DNA of 47,260 nt from an uncultured bacterium (GCA_903864905.1 CAIPHR010000052.1:1-47260), one strand, 5' to 3'; shown: positions 20,090 to 29,312, numbered from the stretch's first letter. Notes: generated from the sequence alone by a model not told the origin. A program made the numbers and translations.

Positions 20090-20815
20090 ATGAAACAATT
20101 CACATCAGAAGAAATACAAGCTCAATTCGAAAAGCTTCCAAAGGACTTACAGGAGGCGGTGGCTTCTGCTTCAATAACCGAAAGCATAGAATTGATCGGA
20201 AAAAAGTATGAACTTCACGTTGATCAAATTGGTGAGCTTATTGATCTTGTTGGCATGATAATGTTTGGGCTTATTCCGTCAGGTCAGTTTATAAAAAACT
20301 TTTCATCTAACTCTGGTGTCAAAACTGATATAGCTAGAAGCATAGCTGAGGATATTAACAGCGAGATATTTAGCAAATTGAAAACTACGATGAGAACAGC
20401 GGAGGAAGTTATTGAGAAAAAAAATCTTGCCGACCTAGAAGCCCTTGAAAAAGCTGGTGGTTTTACTATAGACAGGGAAGAAAATGCTGAAAATACGTCA
20501 ATTTCAGATAGTAGTAGTATTGGCAGCAATAATTCAACAGAACCGAATGTACTAGATGTAGATAAGGCTAGTATACTCAATGATATTGAATACCCAACTG
20601 CTAGCAGAGAAGTTTCTGGTGAGAAATATATACCCCATACAGAGCCTTTAGTTGATCTACTATTATCAATACCGACAACAAGTACTGAGAAAAAGGTATC
20701 TGTAGAGATGATACATTCGGATTCAGGTATTAAAAACTCAGAAAAAACCCCACCTACACCGCCACCAATACAAAAACCGAAAGCTGCGGATCTATATAGG
20801 GAGGCTACCAAATAG
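20090..20815 (+). CDS. Hypothetical soluble protein (acidic, Pro-rich C-terminus)
   Basis: 241-aa ORF starting 4 nt after the previous stop; no recognisable motif. The antisense ORF 20284-20862 is judged a shadow. Confidence 0.5.
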   Translation: MKQFTSEEIQAQFEKLPKDLQEAVASASITESIELIGKKYELHVDQIGELIDLVGMIMFGLIPSGQFIKNFSSNSGVKTDIARSIAEDINSEIFSKLKTTMRTAEEVIEKKNLADLEALEKAGGFTIDREENAENTSISDSSSIGSNNSTEPNVLDVDKASILNDIEYPTASREVSGEKYIPHTEPLVDLLLSIPTTSTEKKVSVEMIHSDSGIKNSEKTPPTPPPIQKPKAADLYREATK

Positions 20816-20844
20816 GATGATGAATACAATAAGTAATTGAAGTA

Positions 20845-20948
20845 ATTGCAAAACCTTTTCATTTCCGATATGAGGCTACTAAATGTATGTACAAATTAGA
20901 ATACTACATCTCACTAGCCGATTGGAGGAAGTGAAAAGGTTTTGCAAT
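20845..20948. repeat. 104-bp long imperfect hairpin: 22-nt inverted arms (21/22 complementary) around a partly self-pairing 60-nt core
   Basis: ATTGCAAAACCTTTTCATTTCC (20845-20866) versus GGAAGTGAAAAGGTTTTGCAAT (20927-20948). Inner GGCTA/TAGCC and ATGTA/TACAT pairs. T5 at 20952-20956. Confidence 0.85.
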
Positions 20949-21012
20949 TGATTTTTGAAATTGGGTAAGCTTCGCTTCCACAAATCCTCATTCGACGCTA
21001 TAATACATATCA

Positions 21013-21447
21013 ATGCGTTTTCAAGTTCCCCAATTTATAGAGGTTGAGGACAAAATCTTCGGACCTTTAACTCTGAAGCAGTTTATCTACTTGGCTGGTG
21101 GTGGAGGTCTTTCGTTTCTGATCTATGCAATGCTGAATAGTCTTTTTCTATCTATACTGCCCATCATTATAATATTGGCAATATCAGCATCTATGGCTTT
21201 TTATAAATTAAATAACAAACCATTGATCAGTGTCATCGAAAATGCTTTCAAGTTTTATGTTGGAAACAAACTATATATTTGGAAAAAAGAACCAAAACCA
21301 AGACCACAAAATCAACAAGAAGCAACAAAAGACGCAAAGAATTTTGCTTCTATCATGGTACCAAAGATCTCTGACAGCAAACTGAAAGACCTAACATGGA
21401 GTCTAGATATCAAAGAAAGTGTGTATTCAAATAAGAACCAAAAATAA
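21013..21447 (+). CDS. PrgI/VirB3-like small membrane protein
   Basis: 144-aa ORF starting MRFQVPQFIEVEDKIFGPLTLKQFIYLAGG, followed by two TM spans, immediately upstream of the VirB4-type genes. TATAAT at 20999-21004, 8 nt before the ATG. Confidence 0.5.
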   Translation: MRFQVPQFIEVEDKIFGPLTLKQFIYLAGGGGLSFLIYAMLNSLFLSILPIIIILAISASMAFYKLNNKPLISVIENAFKFYVGNKLYIWKKEPKPRPQNQQEATKDAKNFASIMVPKISDSKLKDLTWSLDIKESVYSNKNQK

Positions 21448-21450
21448 AAC

Positions 21451-22083
21451 ATGGCTTCACAATCAAAAACAACTCAAGACTTCGTACCGATCAAAGAGAT
21501 CCGAGATGGTGTGATCGTACTCAAGAATGGTGGCATGAGATCTATCATACTTGCTTCATCGCTCAATTTTGCTCTGAAATCACAAGACGAACAGAGTTCT
21601 ATCTTGATACAATTCCAGAACTTTCTCAACTCTCTAGATTTTTCTATACAGATCAGTATACAATCAAAAAAACTAGATATCAGGCCATATCTAGCACTTC
21701 TAGAGGGTAGGTACAAAGAGCAAGGAACTGAACTAATGAAGATACAAGTTAGAGAATATATAGAGTTTATCCGTACATTCGTGGAGAGCACCAATATCAT
21801 GTCAAAAAGCTTCTTTGTTGTCATACCTTATGATCCTCCAATGATGACTATTTCACAAAATCCTCTTTCTAGATTCCTACCAAAAAAGAAAAGTGGTGCC
21901 AATAACTTCGACGAACAATTCCAAGAATATCGAAGTCAGCTCGAGCAGAGAGCCTCTGTCGTAGAGCAGGGACTTGTGCGTTGTGGTATCCGTAGTGCAG
22001 AACTAGGAACAGAAGAAGTGGTAGAATTGTATTACAAACTATTTAATCCAGGTGAAACAGAGAAGCCTATTCAGATCACATAA
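21451..22083 (+). CDS. Stand-alone protein resembling a VirB4 N-terminal domain (no ATPase motifs)
   Basis: 210-aa ORF. TQDFVPIKEIRDGVIVLKNGGMRSIILASSLNFALKSQDEQ resembles the N-terminal segment of Gram-positive VirB4/TrsE-type proteins. No Walker motifs. Confidence 0.45.
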   Translation: MASQSKTTQDFVPIKEIRDGVIVLKNGGMRSIILASSLNFALKSQDEQSSILIQFQNFLNSLDFSIQISIQSKKLDIRPYLALLEGRYKEQGTELMKIQVREYIEFIRTFVESTNIMSKSFFVVIPYDPPMMTISQNPLSRFLPKKKSGANNFDEQFQEYRSQLEQRASVVEQGLVRCGIRSAELGTEEVVELYYKLFNPGETEKPIQIT

Positions 22084-22089
22084 AATACT

Positions 22090-23928
22090 ATGTCTATATT
22101 TTCAAAATTATTAGGAAAAAAAGAAGAGAACAATCCTATCGTTTCTATACTCCCAGAAGAGATATACCAGGCTGGTGTTTTGGAGCTCAAAGATGTTATA
22201 GCCCCTTCAGCACTAAAGGTTAGTCCAAAAGAACTGAACCTTGGTGAAAAAGTTGGTAGGACACTATTCGTCATATCATATCCTCGCTTTTTGGATGAGA
22301 GCTGGTTCGCACCGATAATAAACTTGGATAAAATATTTAATGTCTCTATTTTTATACATCCAGTAGATACTGCCAAAATATTGAGACACTTCCAGAAAAA
22401 GGTAGCAGAAGTACAAAGCCAGATATCTAGAAGGGAAGACAAAGGTCTAGTCAGGGATCCTGCACTAGACACAGCATACCAGGATCTAGAAGCACTACGT
22501 GATCAGTTGATGCAGGCACAGGAGCATCTTTTTGACGTTGGAGTCTACATAACACTCTTTGCTGATAACAGTGCTGAACTAGACAAACTAGAATCGGAGA
22601 TCAAATCATTGCTAGAATCAAAACTAGTGTATCTAAAACCTGCCCTATTCCAACAAGAACAAGGCTTCAAGTCAGTTATACCGATATGTGATGATGAACT
22701 TGCTGTCAATTCAAAACTCAATTCATCACCATTGTCATCACTATTTCCATTCGTATCATTCGACCTAACCTCAGATAAGGGAATACTTTATGGAATAAAT
22801 AGACACAATTCTTCTCTAGTACTTTTTGACAGATACCTATTGGAAAACTATAACTCTGTTACTTTCGCAGTTGCTGGTGCAGGAAAATCGTATTGTACGA
22901 AATTGGAAATCCTAAGAACACTCATGTTCGATACTGATGTTATCGTTATAGACCCTGAAAAGGAGTATGAATATATGGCAGAAGCAACTGGTGGTAAGTA
23001 TTTCAATATATCCCTAAACTCTGAACACCATATCAACCCATTCGACCTGCCAATACCACGTGAAGACGAGTCTGCATCTGATGTTTTGCGATCAAATATC
23101 ATCAACCTGGTTGGGCTTTTCCGTATAATGCTAGGTGGTCTCACTCAAGAAGAAGACGCCATCATAGATCGTGCAGTTACTGAAACTTATGCATTGAAAG
23201 ATATAACATCAGAATCCAATTTCAAAAGCGTAGAACCGCCTCTATTATCAGACTTCGAACTAGTTCTAGCTGGTATGGAGGGTGCTGACTCACTGGTTCA
23301 AAGACTATCTAAATATACAAAAGGTACTTGGTCAGGATTCATCAATAGACCATCGAATGTGGATATCAACAAGAAATTTGCCGTATTTTCACTTCGAGAC
23401 ATGGAAGATGAGTTGAAACCTGTTGCAATGTATATAGTCACACACTATATATGGAATGCTATACGCAAGAATCTAAAGAAGCGTCTACTAGTCATCGACG
23501 AGGCTTGGTGGATGATGAAATCAGAAGATACGGCTTCATTCCTGTTTGGTTTGGCAAAAAGGGGTCGTAAATACTTCCTTGGACTAGCTACTATCACGCA
23601 GGACGTTGATGATTTCTTGAAATCTCCTTATGGTCTACCTATCCTTACAAACTCATCTATACAAATACTACTCAAACAATCTCCAACTGTTATCGACCAT
23701 ATACAACAAACATTCAATCTGACTGATGAAGAGAAATACCTACTACTAGAATCTGACGTAGGGGAGGGAATGTTCTTCGTAGGACTCAAACATGTTGCAA
23801 TAAAGATAGTTGCTTCATATACTGAGGATCAGATCATAACCACCAATCCTGCTCAAGTACTACAGATACAGAATGCAAAGAAGGAATTGGAAGCAGCTGA
23901 AGCAGGTAAAGCTTCAACTACTATATAA
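22090..23928 (+). CDS. virB4: VirB4/TrsE-family type IV secretion ATPase
   Basis: 612-aa ORF with Walker A AVAGAGKSY, Walker B LLVIDEAWWMM, and TITQDVDDF. N-domain: GRTLFVISYPRFLDESWFAPII...SIFIHPVD. Confidence 0.85.
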   Translation: MSIFSKLLGKKEENNPIVSILPEEIYQAGVLELKDVIAPSALKVSPKELNLGEKVGRTLFVISYPRFLDESWFAPIINLDKIFNVSIFIHPVDTAKILRHFQKKVAEVQSQISRREDKGLVRDPALDTAYQDLEALRDQLMQAQEHLFDVGVYITLFADNSAELDKLESEIKSLLESKLVYLKPALFQQEQGFKSVIPICDDELAVNSKLNSSPLSSLFPFVSFDLTSDKGILYGINRHNSSLVLFDRYLLENYNSVTFAVAGAGKSYCTKLEILRTLMFDTDVIVIDPEKEYEYMAEATGGKYFNISLNSEHHINPFDLPIPREDESASDVLRSNIINLVGLFRIMLGGLTQEEDAIIDRAVTETYALKDITSESNFKSVEPPLLSDFELVLAGMEGADSLVQRLSKYTKGTWSGFINRPSNVDINKKFAVFSLRDMEDELKPVAMYIVTHYIWNAIRKNLKKRLLVIDEAWWMMKSEDTASFLFGLAKRGRKYFLGLATITQDVDDFLKSPYGLPILTNSSIQILLKQSPTVIDHIQQTFNLTDEEKYLLLESDVGEGMFFVGLKHVAIKIVASYTEDQIITTNPAQVLQIQNAKKELEAAEAGKASTTI

Positions 23929-23969
23929 TAAACAAGAAATCTGTTTCAATCTAATGGTATAATTGGTTC

Positions 23970-24506
23970 ATGGCGCAGAGACAAGACAAATCAAAAGGTT
24001 GGTTACTACTATATATATTTTCTGGTGGCATGGATCTGATTCAGTTCGTATTTATCGAGCTCATTTTGGGCTGGTTTGGTGTAGGAGTAGTAGTAAATGA
24101 GATAATTGACCCAATAGTTGGTATCATAATCGGTTGTTGGATACAGTTTGGAAAAAAAGTTTCACTGATATCGCGCCCAAAACGTATTATATCCATGTTC
24201 GGGACTGAAGCTGTTGGTGCACTAACTAGTGGCATAGCACAACTATGGGTTCTAGATGTTTGGTATATTCATAACGACGTAAAGAAAGAAGAAGCGGAGC
24301 TAAAAGCACAAGAAGCCAAGGATCTGGCTATACAGTCATCTAATGGTGAACAAAATATTGATGGCACCAGATACCCTAGAAATCCTTACAATACATCTAT
24401 GCAAGGCCCTGTTAATAAAGACGGGGTACGATTACCTCGTGGTGGAATGAGACCAATAAATAGCAGGATTGCTTTACCTGATACAAAACCACCAATTATA
24501 AAGTAA
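23970..24506 (+). CDS. Hypothetical membrane protein
   Basis: 178-aa ORF with 2-3 hydrophobic spans in the first ~100 aa. TGgTATAAT at 23955-23963, 6 nt before the ATG. Confidence 0.55.
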   Translation: MAQRQDKSKGWLLLYIFSGGMDLIQFVFIELILGWFGVGVVVNEIIDPIVGIIIGCWIQFGKKVSLISRPKRIISMFGTEAVGALTSGIAQLWVLDVWYIHNDVKKEEAELKAQEAKDLAIQSSNGEQNIDGTRYPRNPYNTSMQGPVNKDGVRLPRGGMRPINSRIALPDTKPPIIK

Positions 24507-24588
24507 ATCATATAGTTATACTGATCAATATGTATTCATCCACAATTCACATACTTCTTCATCAGTATTCATGGTAAAATAATATGCA

Positions 24589-25620
24589 ATGATACGCTGT
24601 TCTAATAAACAATTCGTATTGCTTTCAGTTATTATTGTTTTTTCAATGTTTCTTTTTACTTCTAGAACAATAGCACAAGGAATACCGATGTCTGATGGCC
24701 TCAATATCACATTATCTACTGACAACCCTTTGCCAGGTCAAGTAGTCAGTATCACCGTGAATAGTTATGGTGCAGATATTAGCGCTGCAAAAATGGTTTG
24801 GTCAGTAAATGGAAAAGTAGTAAAGAATGAAATTGGTTTGAATACTATAGATGTAAATGCTCCAGCTCTAGGAGCAAAACTCGAAGTCACGATCACTGCA
24901 ACAACGCCAGATGGTTCCGTTGTGCGAGGCTCCACCACCATCACATCTGGAGTAGTCGATATGATAGTAGAATCAGATGGCTATGTACCTCCCTTATTCT
25001 TTGGCAAAACGGCTATCGGATACCAGAACTCAGTCAAAATAACAGCTATTCCTCATCTCGCCAATTCATCAGGAAAAGAATATGATGCGAGCAAACTAGT
25101 CTATAGGTGGAAAAAAGGTGGCTCTCTCATTCAAGAAAAATCTGGTTATGGAAAACAGTCTATTGTCATTGCTGGTGATATCATCCCTAGAGCATATGAG
25201 ATGGAGGTGACTGTATCAGAAAGTACGAGCGGTGCTCAGGCTGTAGGTATTTCACTCATAGAACCACAGGAACCTAGTATCTCTTTCTATGTGAATGACC
25301 CTCTATATGGCACTCTATATAATAGAGCGATCGGTAATAGTATGGGTATAGGTTCTCAGAATGAAAGGGGAATTCTCGCTGTACTTTTTGGTTTCAATAA
25401 TGGAACATCTCTATCTTGGCTCATCAATGGCGAATCTCACCCTGAACTCAATGATAAATCATCAGTTATTCTGAGATCTTCTAGTGCAGATGGTGGCTCC
25501 TCTATCGTTCACCTTGATGCTAGTAATGCGAACAATATTCTACAGGGAGCAAGGTCAGAATTTACGGTTTTATTTGGCCCGTCAAGTGATGCTACTACTA
25601 CAAATAGTTATCAACTATAA
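24589..25620 (+). CDS. Hypothetical secreted protein, beta-rich (Ig-like-looking repeats)
   Basis: 343-aa ORF with a signal-like N-terminus (VLLSVIIVFSMFLFTSRTIAQG). TGgTAAAAT at 24572-24580, 8 nt before the ATG. Confidence 0.55.
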   Translation: MIRCSNKQFVLLSVIIVFSMFLFTSRTIAQGIPMSDGLNITLSTDNPLPGQVVSITVNSYGADISAAKMVWSVNGKVVKNEIGLNTIDVNAPALGAKLEVTITATTPDGSVVRGSTTITSGVVDMIVESDGYVPPLFFGKTAIGYQNSVKITAIPHLANSSGKEYDASKLVYRWKKGGSLIQEKSGYGKQSIVIAGDIIPRAYEMEVTVSESTSGAQAVGISLIEPQEPSISFYVNDPLYGTLYNRAIGNSMGIGSQNERGILAVLFGFNNGTSLSWLINGESHPELNDKSSVILRSSSADGGSSIVHLDASNANNILQGARSEFTVLFGPSSDATTTNSYQL

Positions 25621-25622
25621 AA

Positions 25623-26825
25623 ATGAACAATGCCAATAAAAAAACCATATCTTTCATAATGAGTGTACTCATCACCACTACCATGTTTATCGGTGTTTTA
25701 TCTATCAATACTACTCAACTGGTAAATGCCGAAGGTCCTGCATATACTCTTCTAGAACCTTTGCCAAAAGTAACTCAGAGTGGACAAGTCAGTATGGAAC
25801 CAAGCGTTTCATTATCTACATATATACAAGACGCTATCAATCTTTTCATTGCTCTGTCTGCAGTATCTGCTGTTTTCATGATTGTATGGGGCGGTCTAGA
25901 ATATATGACTACTGATTCGTGGAAAGGTAAAGATGATGGAATAAAAAAGGTTAAAAATGCGGTAATTGGGTTAATAATGGTTCTTTCAGCGGTTCTCATA
26001 TTGAAAACTGTCAATCCACAACTCATCGAAGTTGCTAAAATACCGAGTATTCAAGGTGAGTTGAAAACTAGTAGCTTAGATACTTTTAGAAATGCGGGGA
26101 GTCTATCTGGTGCGGCAATAAATCAACAAGTAGCACAAACAACTCAACAATCAAATACTACTGCTTCAAATATAGTGGCACAAAACAATAGTCTTGTTTC
26201 ACTGCAGCAACAATATAATGATTTGGCATATGAAATGGCTCTAACTACAGATTCTGATACATATTCCGAACTCGAAGCGCAACAACAAGAAATACAAGAT
26301 CAAATATCTGGCACAATAAACACAAGAACAGTACAAGAAACAGCATTATATTTTAATTCTCAATTACGACCAAATGTTGAAAACCCTAATAATATGGAAC
26401 AACTTAATACGGCTCTTGCAAATATTGGTAGATCATATGGTACTGCTTCATCTAATCTTCAAAGAAATGGACAATTTGATTTAACAGAATTAAATAATCA
26501 ATATAACTATAGTGAAGCCTCACTAAATATTATGCGAGCAAACCTTGCACTTAGCTCGGCACAGATTAATAGTTCTAGTATGGGAACGAGTCCAGGTACA
26601 GGAGGGGGTTTATCAGTTATTATGACAAACCCTGAAACAGGTGTAAATTTCAATAGACCACTAACCCCGACTGAGGCATATAATAATCTACGAGGCCTAT
26701 TGAACACTGCATCTTCTGGTATTAATAATGTATCCGACCAAACACTAAAAACAAACTTACAAAATCAAATACAGGCTGCTATGTCTAGTTTAAATGCCTC
26801 TCAAATTGGTAGATACGGACATTAA
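25623..26825 (+). CDS. VirB2/TrbC-type pilin-like two-TM module fused to a ~270-aa Gln/Asn/Ser/Thr-rich C-terminal extension
   Basis: 400-aa ORF. Signal/TM1 (ISFIMSVLITTTMFIGVLSI...VNAEGP), LLEPLP motif, TM2 (INLFIALSAVSAVFMIVWGGLEYM), a short KGKDDGIKKVKN loop, then TM3 (AVIGLIMVLSAVLILKTVNPQL). A low-complexity tail follows. Confidence 0.5.
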   Translation: MNNANKKTISFIMSVLITTTMFIGVLSINTTQLVNAEGPAYTLLEPLPKVTQSGQVSMEPSVSLSTYIQDAINLFIALSAVSAVFMIVWGGLEYMTTDSWKGKDDGIKKVKNAVIGLIMVLSAVLILKTVNPQLIEVAKIPSIQGELKTSSLDTFRNAGSLSGAAINQQVAQTTQQSNTTASNIVAQNNSLVSLQQQYNDLAYEMALTTDSDTYSELEAQQQEIQDQISGTINTRTVQETALYFNSQLRPNVENPNNMEQLNTALANIGRSYGTASSNLQRNGQFDLTELNNQYNYSEASLNIMRANLALSSAQINSSSMGTSPGTGGGLSVIMTNPETGVNFNRPLTPTEAYNNLRGLLNTASSGINNVSDQTLKTNLQNQIQAAMSSLNASQIGRYGH

Positions 26826-26837
26826 GATAATAATCAT

Positions 26838-28208
26838 ATGCCACAAAATAACAGATCACCAATTGTATACATCGTTCCGATCATAATAGTACTTATTCTG
26901 ATTGGCCTAGCTTTCTATATCATTTTCAATCGCAAATCCTCAGTAACAACCACTAACACTACCAACAGTCAAGATGGTAGCTTCACACCTTTTGGTACTA
27001 TACCTCCACACTCTACAACTACTGCTGTTACACGTACTACAGTATCCACCAATACACTTAGCAGTTATTCGAACAATAAGATATCTCTCAGACTTCTCAG
27101 TAATACACCAGTTGGTGGTTATGGTGCTAGCACAACAGCATCTACTACAATAGTCAGATGGGTAGACCGAGGAAGAGGGAATATATATGAAGCACGTTAC
27201 AATGATCCAAACATTATAACTATATCGAATACTCTAGTTCCAAAAATATACAACAGTACCTGGAATAAAAATCTCACAGCATTCATCGGACCAACGATAC
27301 AAGACACCATATCAGAACCTTCAACATTATATGCTGAAATAAGAGCGAGAATTGTACCTATCATATCCAGCTCAACCAAGAAGACGAGCTCTACGACTCC
27401 ACAAACATCGACATCGACAGCTTTAGCATCAAGTACTATAGTAGCACCAGGAACATCATTCATTGGGCAAACTCCTTATGAATTGAAAGGAAAGAATCTC
27501 CCAGCACATATCATCACATATGCAGCATCACCAAAGATGGACAAGATATTCTTCCTAGTGAATGAATCTGGCTATGGAGTAGGTTATACTGCTAGTTTCG
27601 ATGGTAAATCAGTCACGAAAATATTCAGCACACCTATATTGCAGTTAAATGCAGAGTGGCCAGAAGAGAATACTATAGCGCTAACAACCAAAGGATCTGC
27701 CCTATACGGTGGTTTCCTTTACTTTGTGAACCCAAAAACAGGGGCATGGAAGAAGATAATAGGTCCGATTTTGGGTCTTAGTACAAAAGTCAGTCATGAT
27801 GCCAAATATGTATTGGCTTCATCAGCAGAAACTAACTCTGTTAGTACAGCAATATTCAATATATCAACACAAAAATACACTACAGCTTTAGTAAAAACAA
27901 TTGCTGATAAATGTACTTGGGGGAATTTCAATGCAGCAATGGTCTATTGCGCAGTTCCTTCACAATCAGTACCTGGTTTATATCCTGATGATTGGTATAG
28001 GGGTATTATTGCATTTGCAGACAAACTATGGCAACTAAATGCTAGTTCTGGTGAGATACATCTAGTATCTACTATAGTAGATCAATCTGACCGAGTAATA
28101 GATGCTATCAACCTAGGTCTAGATCCAAAAGATGAATATCTATTCTTCATGAATAAAAATGACCTATCACTATGGTCATATGATCTAGTTAGTGGAAAAG
28201 TTAGATAA
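26838..28208 (+). CDS. Hypothetical membrane-anchored protein with Thr/Ser linker and beta-propeller-like body; last gene of the cluster
   Basis: 456-aa ORF with TM IVYIVPIIIVLILIGLAFYIIF, Thr-rich tracts, and repetitive beta-strand-like segments. Confidence 0.55.
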   Translation: MPQNNRSPIVYIVPIIIVLILIGLAFYIIFNRKSSVTTTNTTNSQDGSFTPFGTIPPHSTTTAVTRTTVSTNTLSSYSNNKISLRLLSNTPVGGYGASTTASTTIVRWVDRGRGNIYEARYNDPNIITISNTLVPKIYNSTWNKNLTAFIGPTIQDTISEPSTLYAEIRARIVPIISSSTKKTSSTTPQTSTSTALASSTIVAPGTSFIGQTPYELKGKNLPAHIITYAASPKMDKIFFLVNESGYGVGYTASFDGKSVTKIFSTPILQLNAEWPEENTIALTTKGSALYGGFLYFVNPKTGAWKKIIGPILGLSTKVSHDAKYVLASSAETNSVSTAIFNISTQKYTTALVKTIADKCTWGNFNAAMVYCAVPSQSVPGLYPDDWYRGIIAFADKLWQLNASSGEIHLVSTIVDQSDRVIDAINLGLDPKDEYLFFMNKNDLSLWSYDLVSGKVR

Positions 28209-28215
28209 AACTATA

Positions 28216-28962
28216 TTAGTGAATATGTTTTTTCCTGATATATATCTCCTGAAATAGAGTAAACAGTGAGCTTACTGACCAATATATAGCTATTACTGCT
28301 GCAGCTTGAGGATACGTAGCTGGAATAATCCAATAAACTGACACGAATGCTATGATCGGAAGGAAATACTTCATCTGTGTAGTCATCATATTTGCCATTT
28401 GAGCAGCATCTGGAACATTACTTTTCTTTGATGGATCAATAGGTGTTTTTGCTACTTGTTTCGAAGCAAAAGAAAAATGCATCTGTAGGAATTGGATGAT
28501 AGCCGTTATTATCGCTAAAATAAGACTCTTGCTGGTCAGATCTAAGCCTAGTAATGTAGGTTTGATAATAGGAACATGTACAAAACTATATAGATAAGAA
28601 GCGTCAACTGTAGGAATAATCTTATAAAAAACTGATATCAGTGCTAGAAGGATCGGTAATTGAATAAACAATAATAAAACACTAGAAAAAGGCTTAACTT
28701 TCTTTGCTTTGTATAGCTCCATGATTTTGAGAGCCTGTGTTTGCTTATCTGTAGCGTATTGAATACGTATCTTATTGGCCTCTGGCTCAACTTCCTTCAT
28801 ACGAACCTGAGTCAATACAGAGCTCTTTGAAAGAGGGAATAGAATAAGTCGTATAATAACAGTGAATATTATCACCGCAATACCGACATCAACACCTGGA
28901 AGAATATCCATTATCCCTATCAATCCATTATAAAGCGGTAGAAAAATGAAATTATGGAACAT
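28216..28962 (-). CDS. yidC: YidC/Oxa1-family membrane insertase (short form)
   Basis: 248-aa polytopic ORF in the conserved rpmH-rnpA-yidC order. Confidence 0.85.
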   Translation of the reverse strand: MFHNFIFLPLYNGLIGIMDILPGVDVGIAVIIFTVIIRLILFPLSKSSVLTQVRMKEVEPEANKIRIQYATDKQTQALKIMELYKAKKVKPFSSVLLLFIQLPILLALISVFYKIIPTVDASYLYSFVHVPIIKPTLLGLDLTSKSLILAIITAIIQFLQMHFSFASKQVAKTPIDPSKKSNVPDAAQMANMMTTQMKYFLPIIAFVSVYWIIPATYPQAAAVIAIYWSVSSLFTLFQEIYIRKKHIH

Positions 28963-28974
28963 TGTGTATCAATA

Positions 28975-29310
28975 CTACATCAATAATCCAGCTTTTACAA
29001 AGATTTCAAGTATTTCTTTACTTAATTGATCAGGAGTCGATTTCAATATTGTATTCTTGGCAAAAATAACAATATGATATTCTGCCTTTATTCTAAAAAA
29101 GACTGGGCCGACTGCGTCATATATGAGTCGTCTATACTTATTCCTCATTGATGCTTTTTTAGCTACTTTAACTGGTATAACGCTTGAAACACGTGGTTTT
29201 CCATCAGATTGACCTACTCTCATTAGAAAAAGAGAAGAGTGATAAGCTCTTCCTTTTTCCATTACTGAATTGAATTGTCCAACAGAGAGTCTCTGTGAAC
29301 TTGGCAGCAT
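28975..29310 (-). CDS. rnpA: RNase P protein component
   Basis: 111-aa basic ORF (KKASMRNKYRRLIYDAV) directly after rpmH. Confidence 0.85.
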   Translation of the reverse strand: MLPSSQRLSVGQFNSVMEKGRAYHSSLFLMRVGQSDGKPRVSSVIPVKVAKKASMRNKYRRLIYDAVGPVFFRIKAEYHIVIFAKNTILKSTPDQLSKEILEIFVKAGLLM

Positions 29311-29312
29311 AT

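Noticed and set aside
21451-23928. The 210-aa ORF and VirB4 as one gene broken by a frameshift or stop (pseudogene)
   Set aside because: The downstream ORF already contains a complete VirB4 N-domain plus ATPase domain, so joining the two would duplicate the N-domain rather than restore a normal protein.
15477-28208. T4SS-like cluster as part of an integrative conjugative element or plasmid insertion
   Set aside because: There is no relaxase, coupling protein, integrase or att-like repeat. The flanks are core genes (rsmA; yidC-rnpA-rpmH-dnaA), and codon and compositional style look the same as in neighbouring genes by eye.
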